Source: Ignavibacteria bacterium (GTDB taxonomy: Bacteria > Bacteroidota > Ignavibacteria > Kapaibacteriales > Kapaibacteriaceae). From it: a stretch of 64,000 nucleotides of DNA. Shown piece by piece: positions 28,660-37,828 of this stretch (its first letter is position 1; the number at the start of each line of letters is the position of its first letter). The notes beneath the pieces were generated by a model that ran no database searches, had not been told where the DNA came from, and worked only from the letters and a program-made list of their open reading frames with translations. Location: positions 4,269-68,268 of the forward strand of contig CANGZU010000001.1 in the NCBI GenBank assembly GCA_947458785.1. The letters are read 5' to 3'. A program made the position numbers and the translations under genes.

Positions 28660-29364
28660 ATGTTTCGCATTCTGGCTGTATCTATCATAACGTTGATTAT
28701 TATCCTGCCAGCTCACGCTCAGGATCAAAAGACTCAGCGTCAGATCTCTATGGATGGCGAAGCGTCGATGATGGTAGCTCCTGATATGGCTAGCATATCT
28801 ATTGGTGTTGAAACGGAAGGCACAGGCATTGCTGATATCAAACGCGACAACGATCAGCGTGTATCATCGATCTATGAAGCTGTGAAGGGGCTTGGCATTC
28901 CAGACAAGGATATCCAAACCAGCGAGCTCTCAATTCAGCCTATCTATGACTACTCCAGCAAGCGTCGCAAATTCCTGCGGTACGAAATGCGCAATGTTGT
29001 TGCCATCACGGTGCGCAAGCTCGACATCATTGAAAAGGTCATCAACGCGTCGGTTCGTGAAGGCAGCAACGTGCTCGAGGGAGTGCACTTCATCGTGTCG
29101 AATCGTGATGCATTAGTTGATTCCCTGCAAGTAGAGGCTGCCAAGAATGCAAGCAAGCGCGCCTCAGACATTGCAAGCGCAGTTGGCGCAAAGCTTGGTA
29201 AGGCACTAACAATCGCTGCGTCGAGAGGAGAAGTCCCTGAGCCGATACATGGTCGAAGAGCCTTTGCCATGATGGCTGATGGAGGGGGCGAAGCTTCAAC
29301 ACCGGTGTCAGGTGGCGAGATGAAGCTTCGTTCGTCGGTAAGTATTACTTTTGAGCTCGAATGA
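28660..29364 (+). CDS. SIMPL/DUF541 periplasmic protein
   Basis: signal peptide and overall pattern of 26 kDa periplasmic immunogenic protein family. Confidence 0.6.
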   Translation: MFRILAVSIITLIIILPAHAQDQKTQRQISMDGEASMMVAPDMASISIGVETEGTGIADIKRDNDQRVSSIYEAVKGLGIPDKDIQTSELSIQPIYDYSSKRRKFLRYEMRNVVAITVRKLDIIEKVINASVREGSNVLEGVHFIVSNRDALVDSLQVEAAKNASKRASDIASAVGAKLGKALTIAASRGEVPEPIHGRRAFAMMADGGGEASTPVSGGEMKLRSSVSITFELE

Positions 29365-30104
29365 TCAACGGTAAACGCATAGTAGTTGTCATGCCGGCAT
29401 ACAATGCCGAGAAGACTCTGGAACAAACGTATCGGGAGATTCCTCTTGATATCGTGGACGAGGTTATTCTTGTCGATGATCACTCGCGCGACAACACAAC
29501 CGAGTTAGCGCACAGCCTAGGCATCCATCATGTGATTCGTCACGACTTCAATCGTGGCTATGGTGGCAACCAAAAGACATGCTACACGAAGGCTCTCGAG
29601 ATCGGCGCAGACATCGTGATCATGGTCCACCCGGACTACCAATACACCCCCACGCTTATCCCTTCGATGGCATGGATGATCGCGAATGACGTCTACCCTG
29701 TTGTCCTTGCCTCGCGCATTCTCGGCAACGGCGCACTCAAAGGCGGCATGCCTCTCTATAAGTACATTGCCAACCGCGGGCTAACGTTCATCCAGAATCT
29801 GTTCGTCTCACAGAAGCTAAGTGAATATCACACGGGCTATCGCGCATTCTCGCGCCAGGTACTTGAGACCATCAATCTTGAAGGCAACAGCGATGACTTT
29901 GTCTTCGACAATCAGATGCTGTCGCAGATCATCATGGCAAACTTCCCTATTGGCGAAGTGACATGTCCGACGAAGTACTTCGACGATGCATCATCGATAA
30001 ACTTTCGTCGTAGTTCCATCTACGGCATAGGCGTGCTGGCCACCAGCCTGCAGCACAGGCTGCACCGGTGGGGCCTTATCAAGAACGCTCGCTACAGCAA
30101 GTAG
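29361..30104 (+). CDS. family 2 glycosyltransferase (polyprenyl-phosphate sugar transferase-like)
   Basis: VVMPAYNAE...VDDHSRDNT...DxD-type GT-A fold motifs; 4-nt overlap with the SIMPL gene. Confidence 0.8.
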   Translation: MINGKRIVVVMPAYNAEKTLEQTYREIPLDIVDEVILVDDHSRDNTTELAHSLGIHHVIRHDFNRGYGGNQKTCYTKALEIGADIVIMVHPDYQYTPTLIPSMAWMIANDVYPVVLASRILGNGALKGGMPLYKYIANRGLTFIQNLFVSQKLSEYHTGYRAFSRQVLETINLEGNSDDFVFDNQMLSQIIMANFPIGEVTCPTKYFDDASSINFRRSSIYGIGVLATSLQHRLHRWGLIKNARYSK

Positions 30105-30111
30105 GGTCGGC

Positions 30112-31797
30112 TTAGGCCTGCTTACGCACACCCACAACGTTATAGCGATTCGTCACGAACTGCCAATCGGCAAACGTAGCATTACCTGCAGGGTTACATC
30201 CCGTTCCATGGAAGTCGCTAAACGCAGCTGACTGATTGACCCACACAAAGCTGTTGAAGTTGAATGCCACCGGAGCACCAGCCATCACAATAGCATCTTC
30301 GGCCTGCTGCATCTTTGCTTCATCCGTTGTGTAGACGAGAGCAGAGAGAGCTCCATGCTCGCGAATACTCTGCTCGACGGTCTTGAGTGACTCATCGAAT
30401 GAGCCGGTTGTGATCACAAAGGAGATCGGACCGAACCATTCACGTGTATACACGTCCGAACGTGATACATCTGTGCGGAGCACAAGGGGCGAATGTGAAC
30501 GTGCCGCATCAAACCCCGGCTGTGCGATCGCTGCTGTTGCGCGGATCTCAGCAAGTCCAAGTGTGAGCGCTTCGCCGAGGCGACCTGCTGTGGTTGGATT
30601 CTGAATCGCACCAAGCGTTCCCGGGCCTGCCTTTTCGTTGTTTACGAGCGCATCGACCTTCTCACGCAGCTTCAAGGCAACATCTTCAACAGAAACCGTC
30701 GTATCACCAACCTTCATACCTGATTCAGCGATGAAGATGTTTTGTGGGGCTGTACACATCTGGCCGGAGTACAGCGACAGCGAGAATGCCAGGTTGTCCA
30801 TGGCCTTGTCCAGATCGTCTGTGCTGTCAAGGATCACGCAATTCACGCCGGCCTTTTCCGTAAAGACAACTTTGCCGTTCTTGATCGACTCTTGTTCAAC
30901 ACGTGTGCCGAATGCTGAGCCCCCTGTGTAATCAATCACCCTCACTGCTGGATGCTGAACATACTCCAGTGTAAGGGGCTTTGCGGCCGTATCTGCAGCA
31001 AGTTGGATTACATTGGGGTCGAGTCCTAGGTCCACCAGAACGTTGCGCAGCTCGGCAATCACGATCGCAATCGGATAGACCGCACCCGGATGTGGCTTCA
31101 CGATAACGCTGTTACCAGTTACTAGGCCGGCAAACATGCCAGGGGTGGTATTCCACACTGGAAATGTAGAACAACCGATAACCAGATTTATACCCTTTGG
31201 TACGATGCGATACGACTTGTCGATGTTCACGGAAAACTTGCCCATGGGCTTTGACCACTGCACAGACTGTGTAAACGAGGTCTGAGCTGCAAGCCCCATA
31301 GCAACGGCTTCGAGGGCACGGTCAAATGCGTGTGGACCCGAGGCCTGGAATGCCATCACAAAGCCCTGTCCAGTCGTGTGCTGCGTCGCGTATCCGATCT
31401 CAAAGAAATGCTTTGAACCGCGCTCAAGGGCCTCAACGAGAATAGACGCACGCTCTGCTGGCGTTAGACTCTGCCAAGCAGTCTGCGCTGCTGAAGCGCA
31501 TTCGACAACCGTGGCAACTGGAGAGCTTGGGTACGTGATGCCTAGTGGGAACCCGTAGGGAGAAGACTCATCCCCAACCCATTCTTCTCCGCCAGACAGA
31601 CGGTCGAACTTGGCATTGAGCTGCCCCTTAAACCGCGTCAAACCATCGTCGTTGGCGGTTTCGCCATAGATCTTACCACTTGGCGCTTCAGGCCAGTGTG
31701 CGTGGAATGTACGCTCTTGGTTTGCCTTGATGGCATCGGCTAGAGTTTGGGCATGCGTTGAGCAAAGTTCTGATAGCGTCATGACGTGAATCCTCAA
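30112..31797 (-). CDS. aldehyde dehydrogenase superfamily protein, PaaN-like
   Basis: 561 aa; catalytic Cys in the GQMCTAP context and an ALDH NAD-binding region. Confidence 0.55.
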   Translation of the reverse strand: MRIHVMTLSELCSTHAQTLADAIKANQERTFHAHWPEAPSGKIYGETANDDGLTRFKGQLNAKFDRLSGGEEWVGDESSPYGFPLGITYPSSPVATVVECASAAQTAWQSLTPAERASILVEALERGSKHFFEIGYATQHTTGQGFVMAFQASGPHAFDRALEAVAMGLAAQTSFTQSVQWSKPMGKFSVNIDKSYRIVPKGINLVIGCSTFPVWNTTPGMFAGLVTGNSVIVKPHPGAVYPIAIVIAELRNVLVDLGLDPNVIQLAADTAAKPLTLEYVQHPAVRVIDYTGGSAFGTRVEQESIKNGKVVFTEKAGVNCVILDSTDDLDKAMDNLAFSLSLYSGQMCTAPQNIFIAESGMKVGDTTVSVEDVALKLREKVDALVNNEKAGPGTLGAIQNPTTAGRLGEALTLGLAEIRATAAIAQPGFDAARSHSPLVLRTDVSRSDVYTREWFGPISFVITTGSFDESLKTVEQSIREHGALSALVYTTDEAKMQQAEDAIVMAGAPVAFNFNSFVWVNQSAAFSDFHGTGCNPAGNATFADWQFVTNRYNVVGVRKQA

Positions 31798-31845
31798 AGA
31801 ATGGATACAAAGTTACGCAGGCAGTACCCTTCGTAACGGGTATCT

Positions 31846-33657
31846 TTGCGCATGCAACGTTTCGTATTCGCTGCCCTACTTGTTCTTGGGGCCATTGAAC
31901 TTTTTGCACAGCCATCCAGCAAGGGCCGTGCCCATGCCGGTGTGGTCAACGGCGACACAATCTGGCTCGATGAGTATTCAAAAGAAGTTGGGCGCCGCAC
32001 TGAGTATGCCCAGCAGCGCAGCAAGGTCGATCCGTCGGAGATCATGCAACAGGCGTGGAATGAGCTCACGCAGCGCAAACTACTCCTGCGCGAATCTGTT
32101 CGTCTTCGCGTGCGGGTTACGAATGCCGATGTTGATAGCATATTTCTATCGGCTACGCCTGACTTTATAAAGCGTGGGGTTGTTGACACGAAGGGCAAGT
32201 TTGATCTTGAGCTCCTAAGGGCCATACTCTATCGTCCGGATTCACTGATCCGAGCCAACACCCAGGGTATGCCTGAGAAGGAGCGTGCCGATGAGCTGCT
32301 GCAGCTTCGTGCCTCCGTTGCACAGTGGAGGGAGATCATCGGCTTGTCTGAAACGGAGACACGCGTACGCCGCGCAATCACCGATACCGTAACGCTCGAT
32401 ACAACCGTGTTGCGTCCGCGATTCCGCGAAGCGGCTACATCGGCAACTGCAGACATCATCTATATGCCCTGCCTGAGTAATCTGCCAGCCCCCTCGATTG
32501 CAGAGACCGAGTTGTATTTCAAGGCACATCCGCAGGAGTTTACTACCACAGAACCGATGCGTAGACTTGCCTATCTGGCATGGCCAATGTCTGCAGCACC
32601 AATCGACTCGGCGCTTGTGCTTAGCAATGTGCGACGCTTCGTTGGACTCCTGAACGGGGCTCGCAACGGGCGCACCCGCGACTCATTATGGCAAAGTGTT
32701 GCCGGGACGACATCTTCCGGCACCGCGCGTCTATCGCCGGACAGTATGGCACATGCTTCGTTTTATGGACTCATCAAAGGCAAGAAGCGCTACACAGCGG
32801 TAGGCCCCATTGGCCATGCAACAGGCGTGCATGTCTTGATGGTGGATTCTGTAATCACAGTAAAGGGAAGAAAGCTCCCTGACGTTAAGGTTCGGGTTAT
32901 CGTTACCGAGATCGAGCCCTCTCGTCAAACTGTCGATAGCATCCTGCGCATCGTTGATGATGCGGCCGGGCTCTATGACCAGGGAATGGAGCTTGGTGTG
33001 ATCGCCGGAAGGTTTGGACGCACAATCGAACTCTCACCATGGTTCACTGATGACGAGAAGATTTTCGGATCGTATAGGCTTGGCGACATTGCATTCAAGA
33101 CCCAGGTGGCAGCTGCCTGCGACCCAATAGACACTCCAGAAAAAGGTGTGGTTCTGGGTGTAGTTGTCGACAGCATCGATGCAGGACCCATGCCCTTTGA
33201 CGCCGCAGCATCTCGCGTTGCTATGTTGCTCAACCGTCAACGCGGTTGTGAGGCACGTAAAGACGCCATGAAGACGATCATGGGAGTTACAACCCGCCTT
33301 GATGACGGTGTGATGTTTATTGCTGAGAATCCCAAGGGGGCTCAGATCATGCGCAACATTTCGATCCAGGGCAATGGCTTCATTGGTGAAGAACTCTTCG
33401 ATCCAGCCGCTGCCAAGGAGATCCTTGCCAAGCCTACTACCGAACTGCACGGACCATTCCTGGGCGATCTTGGCTGGTACATCGTCAACCTCACAGGCAT
33501 CGTCAAAGCCAATGATGCCGAGTTCCCGATGTGGCTCGAACTGCGCACAGAGGATCTGCTGCAAGAGCGCAAGCAGTCTGTATGGGCTGCATATCTGCAG
33601 AGCCTGCGCTCTGAAGCCAACATCGAAGACAACCGCTGGTACTACTTCCGCTACTAG
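31846..33657 (+). CDS. periplasmic SurA/PpiD-like chaperone domain protein
   Basis: signal peptide; N-terminal SurA-like helical domain; weak similarity only. Confidence 0.3.
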   Translation: MRMQRFVFAALLVLGAIELFAQPSSKGRAHAGVVNGDTIWLDEYSKEVGRRTEYAQQRSKVDPSEIMQQAWNELTQRKLLLRESVRLRVRVTNADVDSIFLSATPDFIKRGVVDTKGKFDLELLRAILYRPDSLIRANTQGMPEKERADELLQLRASVAQWREIIGLSETETRVRRAITDTVTLDTTVLRPRFREAATSATADIIYMPCLSNLPAPSIAETELYFKAHPQEFTTTEPMRRLAYLAWPMSAAPIDSALVLSNVRRFVGLLNGARNGRTRDSLWQSVAGTTSSGTARLSPDSMAHASFYGLIKGKKRYTAVGPIGHATGVHVLMVDSVITVKGRKLPDVKVRVIVTEIEPSRQTVDSILRIVDDAAGLYDQGMELGVIAGRFGRTIELSPWFTDDEKIFGSYRLGDIAFKTQVAAACDPIDTPEKGVVLGVVVDSIDAGPMPFDAAASRVAMLLNRQRGCEARKDAMKTIMGVTTRLDDGVMFIAENPKGAQIMRNISIQGNGFIGEELFDPAAAKEILAKPTTELHGPFLGDLGWYIVNLTGIVKANDAEFPMWLELRTEDLLQERKQSVWAAYLQSLRSEANIEDNRWYYFRY

Positions 33658-33669
33658 CAAACAGGATTT

Positions 33670-34242
33670 ATGTCTCTTCTTATTCTTGACCTTGGTGGGG
33701 TGCTCTTCGATATTGAGTTCGAACGTACCCGTCAAGCACTGCTTGCCCTGCCCGGCTATAATGGTACGCCCATCAACTTCGGTGTGGAGCAACAGTCGGA
33801 CATTTTTGTTTCCTACGACCGGGGTGACATCTCTACGGCTCAGTTCCGTGAGGGATTGCGATCACTCTATGGCTTCACGTGCGACGATTCCGACCTAGAT
33901 CGTGCTTGGTGTGCAATTCTCGACAAGGGTCTCTTTGTGGATGCTGTACAGCGCGTGCAGCGGTTCAAGGATACATATGGTGCAGAGCGAACTGTGATTC
34001 TGTCAAATATCTCTGAGCTCCATCATCTTGATTCTGCGCAGAGGTGCATACCTGTGTTCGATGCGGTAGATCAGGTCTACCTTTCCTACGTCATACGTCT
34101 GCGTAAACCAGATCCGCAGGCATTTCTTCATGTATGTCGAGCCGAAGGGTACGCGACGGCCAGCACTATACTCGTTGATGATTCGTGGGGTAATTGTGCG
34201 GCCGCCAGCCAGCTGGGTGTTTCCACGATACATTGGTCCTGA
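33670..34242 (+). CDS. HAD-like hydrolase (non-canonical motif I DLGGV)
   Basis: LILDLGGVLFD N-terminal motif and C-terminal VDDS motif. Confidence 0.5.
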   Translation: MSLLILDLGGVLFDIEFERTRQALLALPGYNGTPINFGVEQQSDIFVSYDRGDISTAQFREGLRSLYGFTCDDSDLDRAWCAILDKGLFVDAVQRVQRFKDTYGAERTVILSNISELHHLDSAQRCIPVFDAVDQVYLSYVIRLRKPDPQAFLHVCRAEGYATASTILVDDSWGNCAAASQLGVSTIHWS

Positions 34243-34394
34243 ACTGGCCTTTGTATCTTGTGCTATCTGCGAGTGTACCCTAGTGTAGCTGCATTTCTTT
34301 GTTCATTGCTACTCCTGCTGAATAAGCATGCAGCGCCCAGCAGCGCCTGTCTGCTAGACCTATAGTTCTACTCACATACCACAGAGCGTATCCT

Positions 34395-35054
34395 TTGCAT
34401 CCCCAATATCCGATACGCGTTGCCATTGTTGATGATCACCATGTATTCGCCGAAGAACTGGCGAAGGCCTTGCCGACCGATCAACGGCTAGCAATTCACG
34501 GCTTGTTTTCAAATGCACAAGAATGCATAGATGCACTCACCGCAGGAGCTAAGGTTGATCTGCTGTTGTCCGGATTTTCCATCCCGCCGATGAACGGCAT
34601 CGAACTGCTCGCACAGGTAAAACAACTGAGGTCGGAGATTGTATGTGTGTTGTTGACCCGGCATGACGTAGCCGATCTACACAGTCGGTGTAGAAGAGCC
34701 GGTATTGACGGCTATCTGCATAGAACTTCCAGTATGCACGAAATCCGTGAGCAACTTTTAAGAATTGCAAGTCTCGACAAAGTCAACAATCAAGACGACA
34801 TGTCAAACGATTTCAATGTTCTGTATCAGACAGCCTTATCGCCGAGTGAGATTGAAATTGTGCGCTGCGTTGTATGCCTTGAGCTCTCCTCTCGAGCAAC
34901 AGCTGAATTCTTGAACCGGAGTCATCACACAGTGGAACAGCATCGCAAGCACATCTATGCGAAACTTGGCATTGATTCAATTGCTGCGTTAACGAAATAT
35001 GCCATCTCCATGGGTATCTGTTCAGGTATAGATCCAACCAATCAAGTAGACTAG
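34395..35054 (+). CDS. response regulator, NarL/FixJ (LuxR HTH) family, orphan
   Basis: receiver domain (IRVAIVDDH...D) plus C-terminal LuxR-type HTH; no adjacent kinase; lower GC than its flanks. Confidence 0.8.
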   Translation: MHPQYPIRVAIVDDHHVFAEELAKALPTDQRLAIHGLFSNAQECIDALTAGAKVDLLLSGFSIPPMNGIELLAQVKQLRSEIVCVLLTRHDVADLHSRCRRAGIDGYLHRTSSMHEIREQLLRIASLDKVNNQDDMSNDFNVLYQTALSPSEIEIVRCVVCLELSSRATAEFLNRSHHTVEQHRKHIYAKLGIDSIAALTKYAISMGICSGIDPTNQVD

Positions 35055-36265
35055 TGCGGCAGATCCTGTCCACGTGTCTCACGAGCCCCTAACAGTGTAA
35101 GCAATCCGACAATGTATGATCCGGCAAACAATGTGATAGCATTCTGATAGCCGCCGAGATGTTCTACAAGGACGCCGAGAAAGAAGACGCCAATTGCCGT
35201 TAGAATACGACCCATATTCATACTTAAACCCGTTGCTGCTCCACGAACAATCGTGGGGAACAACTCGGGGAGATACCCACTTAGAATACCTTGATTGAGT
35301 CCAATGAAGACGCAGATGCTGAAGGTGCCCGCGAAAAATAGGAAGGATGGTTCAAGTCCTGTTTGTAGCGTCAGTACAGTCGTTGTTAGGCATCCTATGT
35401 ATCCGATAGCGGCTGCCTTCCGACGTCCAAGTCGGTTGGAGAGCAAGCCGCTGAAAAGTCCGCCGGCAACGTTGCCAATTCCGAACATGATGTTTGCAAG
35501 CGAACGGTTCGCCTGAGAATGCTCCGGTAAACTGATCTTCGCAATGTATGTGGGCATCCAGCCCAGTACAGCCCAAATGCCCAGAAGCATAGAGCCAAAC
35601 AGGACGATGGCGACACGCAGATCAGAACGTAGCGACGGATGCCACACAGTAAGCGCTGTCGTACTCTCAGCCGCTGATACACTCGATCTCCACATGTCGC
35701 TCTCGCGCACAACAAATAGCACCGCAATGGCTAAGAACATTGCGGTGCTTGCCAAGCGATAACCTGCCTGCCAATCATCGGTAGACTGCGTGATAAGTCC
35801 AGCACCGACAAAGCCCATAGGGAAGGCATTGATGAGAATGCCAACAACAATGGAACGACTCGTGGTTGGGAATGCTTCGGAAATCATCACGACAGATTGT
35901 GCCAAGACGCTACCAACACCCACTCCCATAAGAGCTCGGGCCATGATCAGCATGGCCATTGAGTCAGCATAACTTATGAGCAGCATACACGAAGTGGCCA
36001 GAAGAACACTCATGAAGTAGGCATACCGGCGTCCGATCTTATCAGAAACCCAACCCAGAGCAAATGCACCAACCGCCCAGCCGAACAGGAAGGCAGAGCC
36101 GCCGTAAGAGCCTACCTGACGGATCGCATCACTGGGCTCGAGCCCGGGCAAGAGACTTGCAGCAATTCGCGGGACATATCCGCTAAAGAGTTGAGCTGCC
36201 ATGCCAGATGCCGCTGTACATGTCATGGCGAGAATGTAAAGCATGTGACGGTGTTGCATACGCAA
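35051..36265 (-). CDS. MFS transporter
   Basis: 12 predicted TM segments and a GxLaDrxGrR-like motif between TM2 and TM3. Confidence 0.8.
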   Translation of the reverse strand: MRMQHRHMLYILAMTCTAASGMAAQLFSGYVPRIAASLLPGLEPSDAIRQVGSYGGSAFLFGWAVGAFALGWVSDKIGRRYAYFMSVLLATSCMLLISYADSMAMLIMARALMGVGVGSVLAQSVVMISEAFPTTSRSIVVGILINAFPMGFVGAGLITQSTDDWQAGYRLASTAMFLAIAVLFVVRESDMWRSSVSAAESTTALTVWHPSLRSDLRVAIVLFGSMLLGIWAVLGWMPTYIAKISLPEHSQANRSLANIMFGIGNVAGGLFSGLLSNRLGRRKAAAIGYIGCLTTTVLTLQTGLEPSFLFFAGTFSICVFIGLNQGILSGYLPELFPTIVRGAATGLSMNMGRILTAIGVFFLGVLVEHLGGYQNAITLFAGSYIVGLLTLLGARETRGQDLPH

Positions 36266-36552
36266 AGATAGTCGCGTGATATATTTGCACGCCGATGTAG
36301 TTGCTGTCGCTAATCACGGCAGCACATTGAGGGAAGCACGCGAGAATCGTGCACGGTTGCGCCGCCGTAACGGCAGACGATCCTACCTAGTCCTGAGAGG
36401 ACAGTCACTGCGTGTGTGTTGATGACACAATGCGGGAAGACGGTTGGAGAGGATGAAGCCGAAGTCGGAATACCTGCTACATCGATTTCTACAACTGGAG
36501 ACGCTGTCTCCTCTGTCGCGCATCACGACAGACAATACTCAAGGGGCTTGCC

Positions 36553-37821
36553 ATGCGCAGCTTCATACTTGCATGTGCTCTTGCACTAACATGCACATCG
36601 AGCTTTGCCCAAAACAAAGCTGCTACTCCACCTCTTCCTTCAGCTGTGTTTTTCGACGACGGGTTCGCCCATGTGTTGTGCGCGCGCCTCGACGCTGATT
36701 ACGACGGCGAGATAGATACTGGCGATGCTTCCGCATCGTGGCTTGTGATAGACCCGGCAACGTTGAGCGTTGTGCGCAGCCAGCAGTTTGAATGGAAGGA
36801 CGTTAAAGTCACACGATCTGGGTCGTCGCTGGAAAAGGATGTTCTCGACCTTGTGATTGGCAAAGAGGTGGTACGCTATCAGACAACGACGTTAACGCCC
36901 CTTGGCAGTCTCTTTGAAGGTAAGATCTTTGGTCTTGATGCCAGCCAGGACCTGAAGACACTCTGGATGAGCGAGCGCCCGTCGTTTACAGAGCCGGGAA
37001 ATGTAATCGAGTTTAACGTCGATACCAAGCAGACCACGATCATCCCAGTTGGCGTGAACCCTCAACAGGTTTCGTATCATCAAACTGCTAGCGGGCTTGA
37101 GCAGGTACTTTTGATCTGTGAAGAGCTATTCGGTAAGGCAAATGGTACGTTCAGCATTGTTGATCTGAAGACTACACCACGTGCACAGAAGGTTATCGAA
37201 GTTGGTGATACCCCGAACTACTTTGTTACCGACGGCGATACGGCCTACGTCGTCGTTAACGGTTCTCATACCATTGTGATGGTCGATCTTGTAAAGCACG
37301 AGAAGGTCGGCACAATCGATGCGGGTACATCCGGCTTTGATGGTCCGCGAGAAGCAGCCGTATGGTTCGATCCAACATTGAAGTCCAAGGTGCTTCTGGT
37401 CTCGACATTTGATGAAGAGATTCGCATCTTTAACCTTCAGACCCGTGAACACATCAAGTCGATCAAACTGGCTGCCAAGCCAGAGGGCATCGCACTTCGT
37501 GGAAACGATCTATGGGTAACACAGACCTTCCGTAAGGACACCTACGAACCAGCCTCTGATGTGGCGATCTATGACCTGCTCAGCGCCGTCTCCGTCAATG
37601 ATCTTGAGACACCTTCGCTGCCCAAGGGCATCCTAGCTACCTCTGGCTCAGTCAGACTGCCATTCGAGCCGGGCAGCTCCGTTATAATCACCGATATCAC
37701 AGGTCGTTTGACTGCACTTTCTGCCGTAGTTTCGGGTTCGCAAACCATTGACTGTAGCATGCTGCCGCATGGCACATATCTGCTTTCCAATGGCAAGGAA
37801 TCTGTCAAACTCATGCGGTAA
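36553..37821 (+). CDS. secreted beta-propeller-like protein with T9SS C-terminal sorting domain
   Basis: signal peptide MRSFILACALALTCTSSFAQ; C-terminal ...VIITDITGRL...GTYLLSNGKESVKLMR CTD-like tail. Confidence 0.5.
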   Translation: MRSFILACALALTCTSSFAQNKAATPPLPSAVFFDDGFAHVLCARLDADYDGEIDTGDASASWLVIDPATLSVVRSQQFEWKDVKVTRSGSSLEKDVLDLVIGKEVVRYQTTTLTPLGSLFEGKIFGLDASQDLKTLWMSERPSFTEPGNVIEFNVDTKQTTIIPVGVNPQQVSYHQTASGLEQVLLICEELFGKANGTFSIVDLKTTPRAQKVIEVGDTPNYFVTDGDTAYVVVNGSHTIVMVDLVKHEKVGTIDAGTSGFDGPREAAVWFDPTLKSKVLLVSTFDEEIRIFNLQTREHIKSIKLAAKPEGIALRGNDLWVTQTFRKDTYEPASDVAIYDLLSAVSVNDLETPSLPKGILATSGSVRLPFEPGSSVIITDITGRLTALSAVVSGSQTIDCSMLPHGTYLLSNGKESVKLMR

Positions 37822-37828
37822 AAGCCTA

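Noticed and set aside
36266-36552. 287-bp intergenic region checked for tRNA or small RNA
   Set aside because: No cloverleaf-compatible inverted repeats or conserved tRNA boxes seen; likely just divergent promoters
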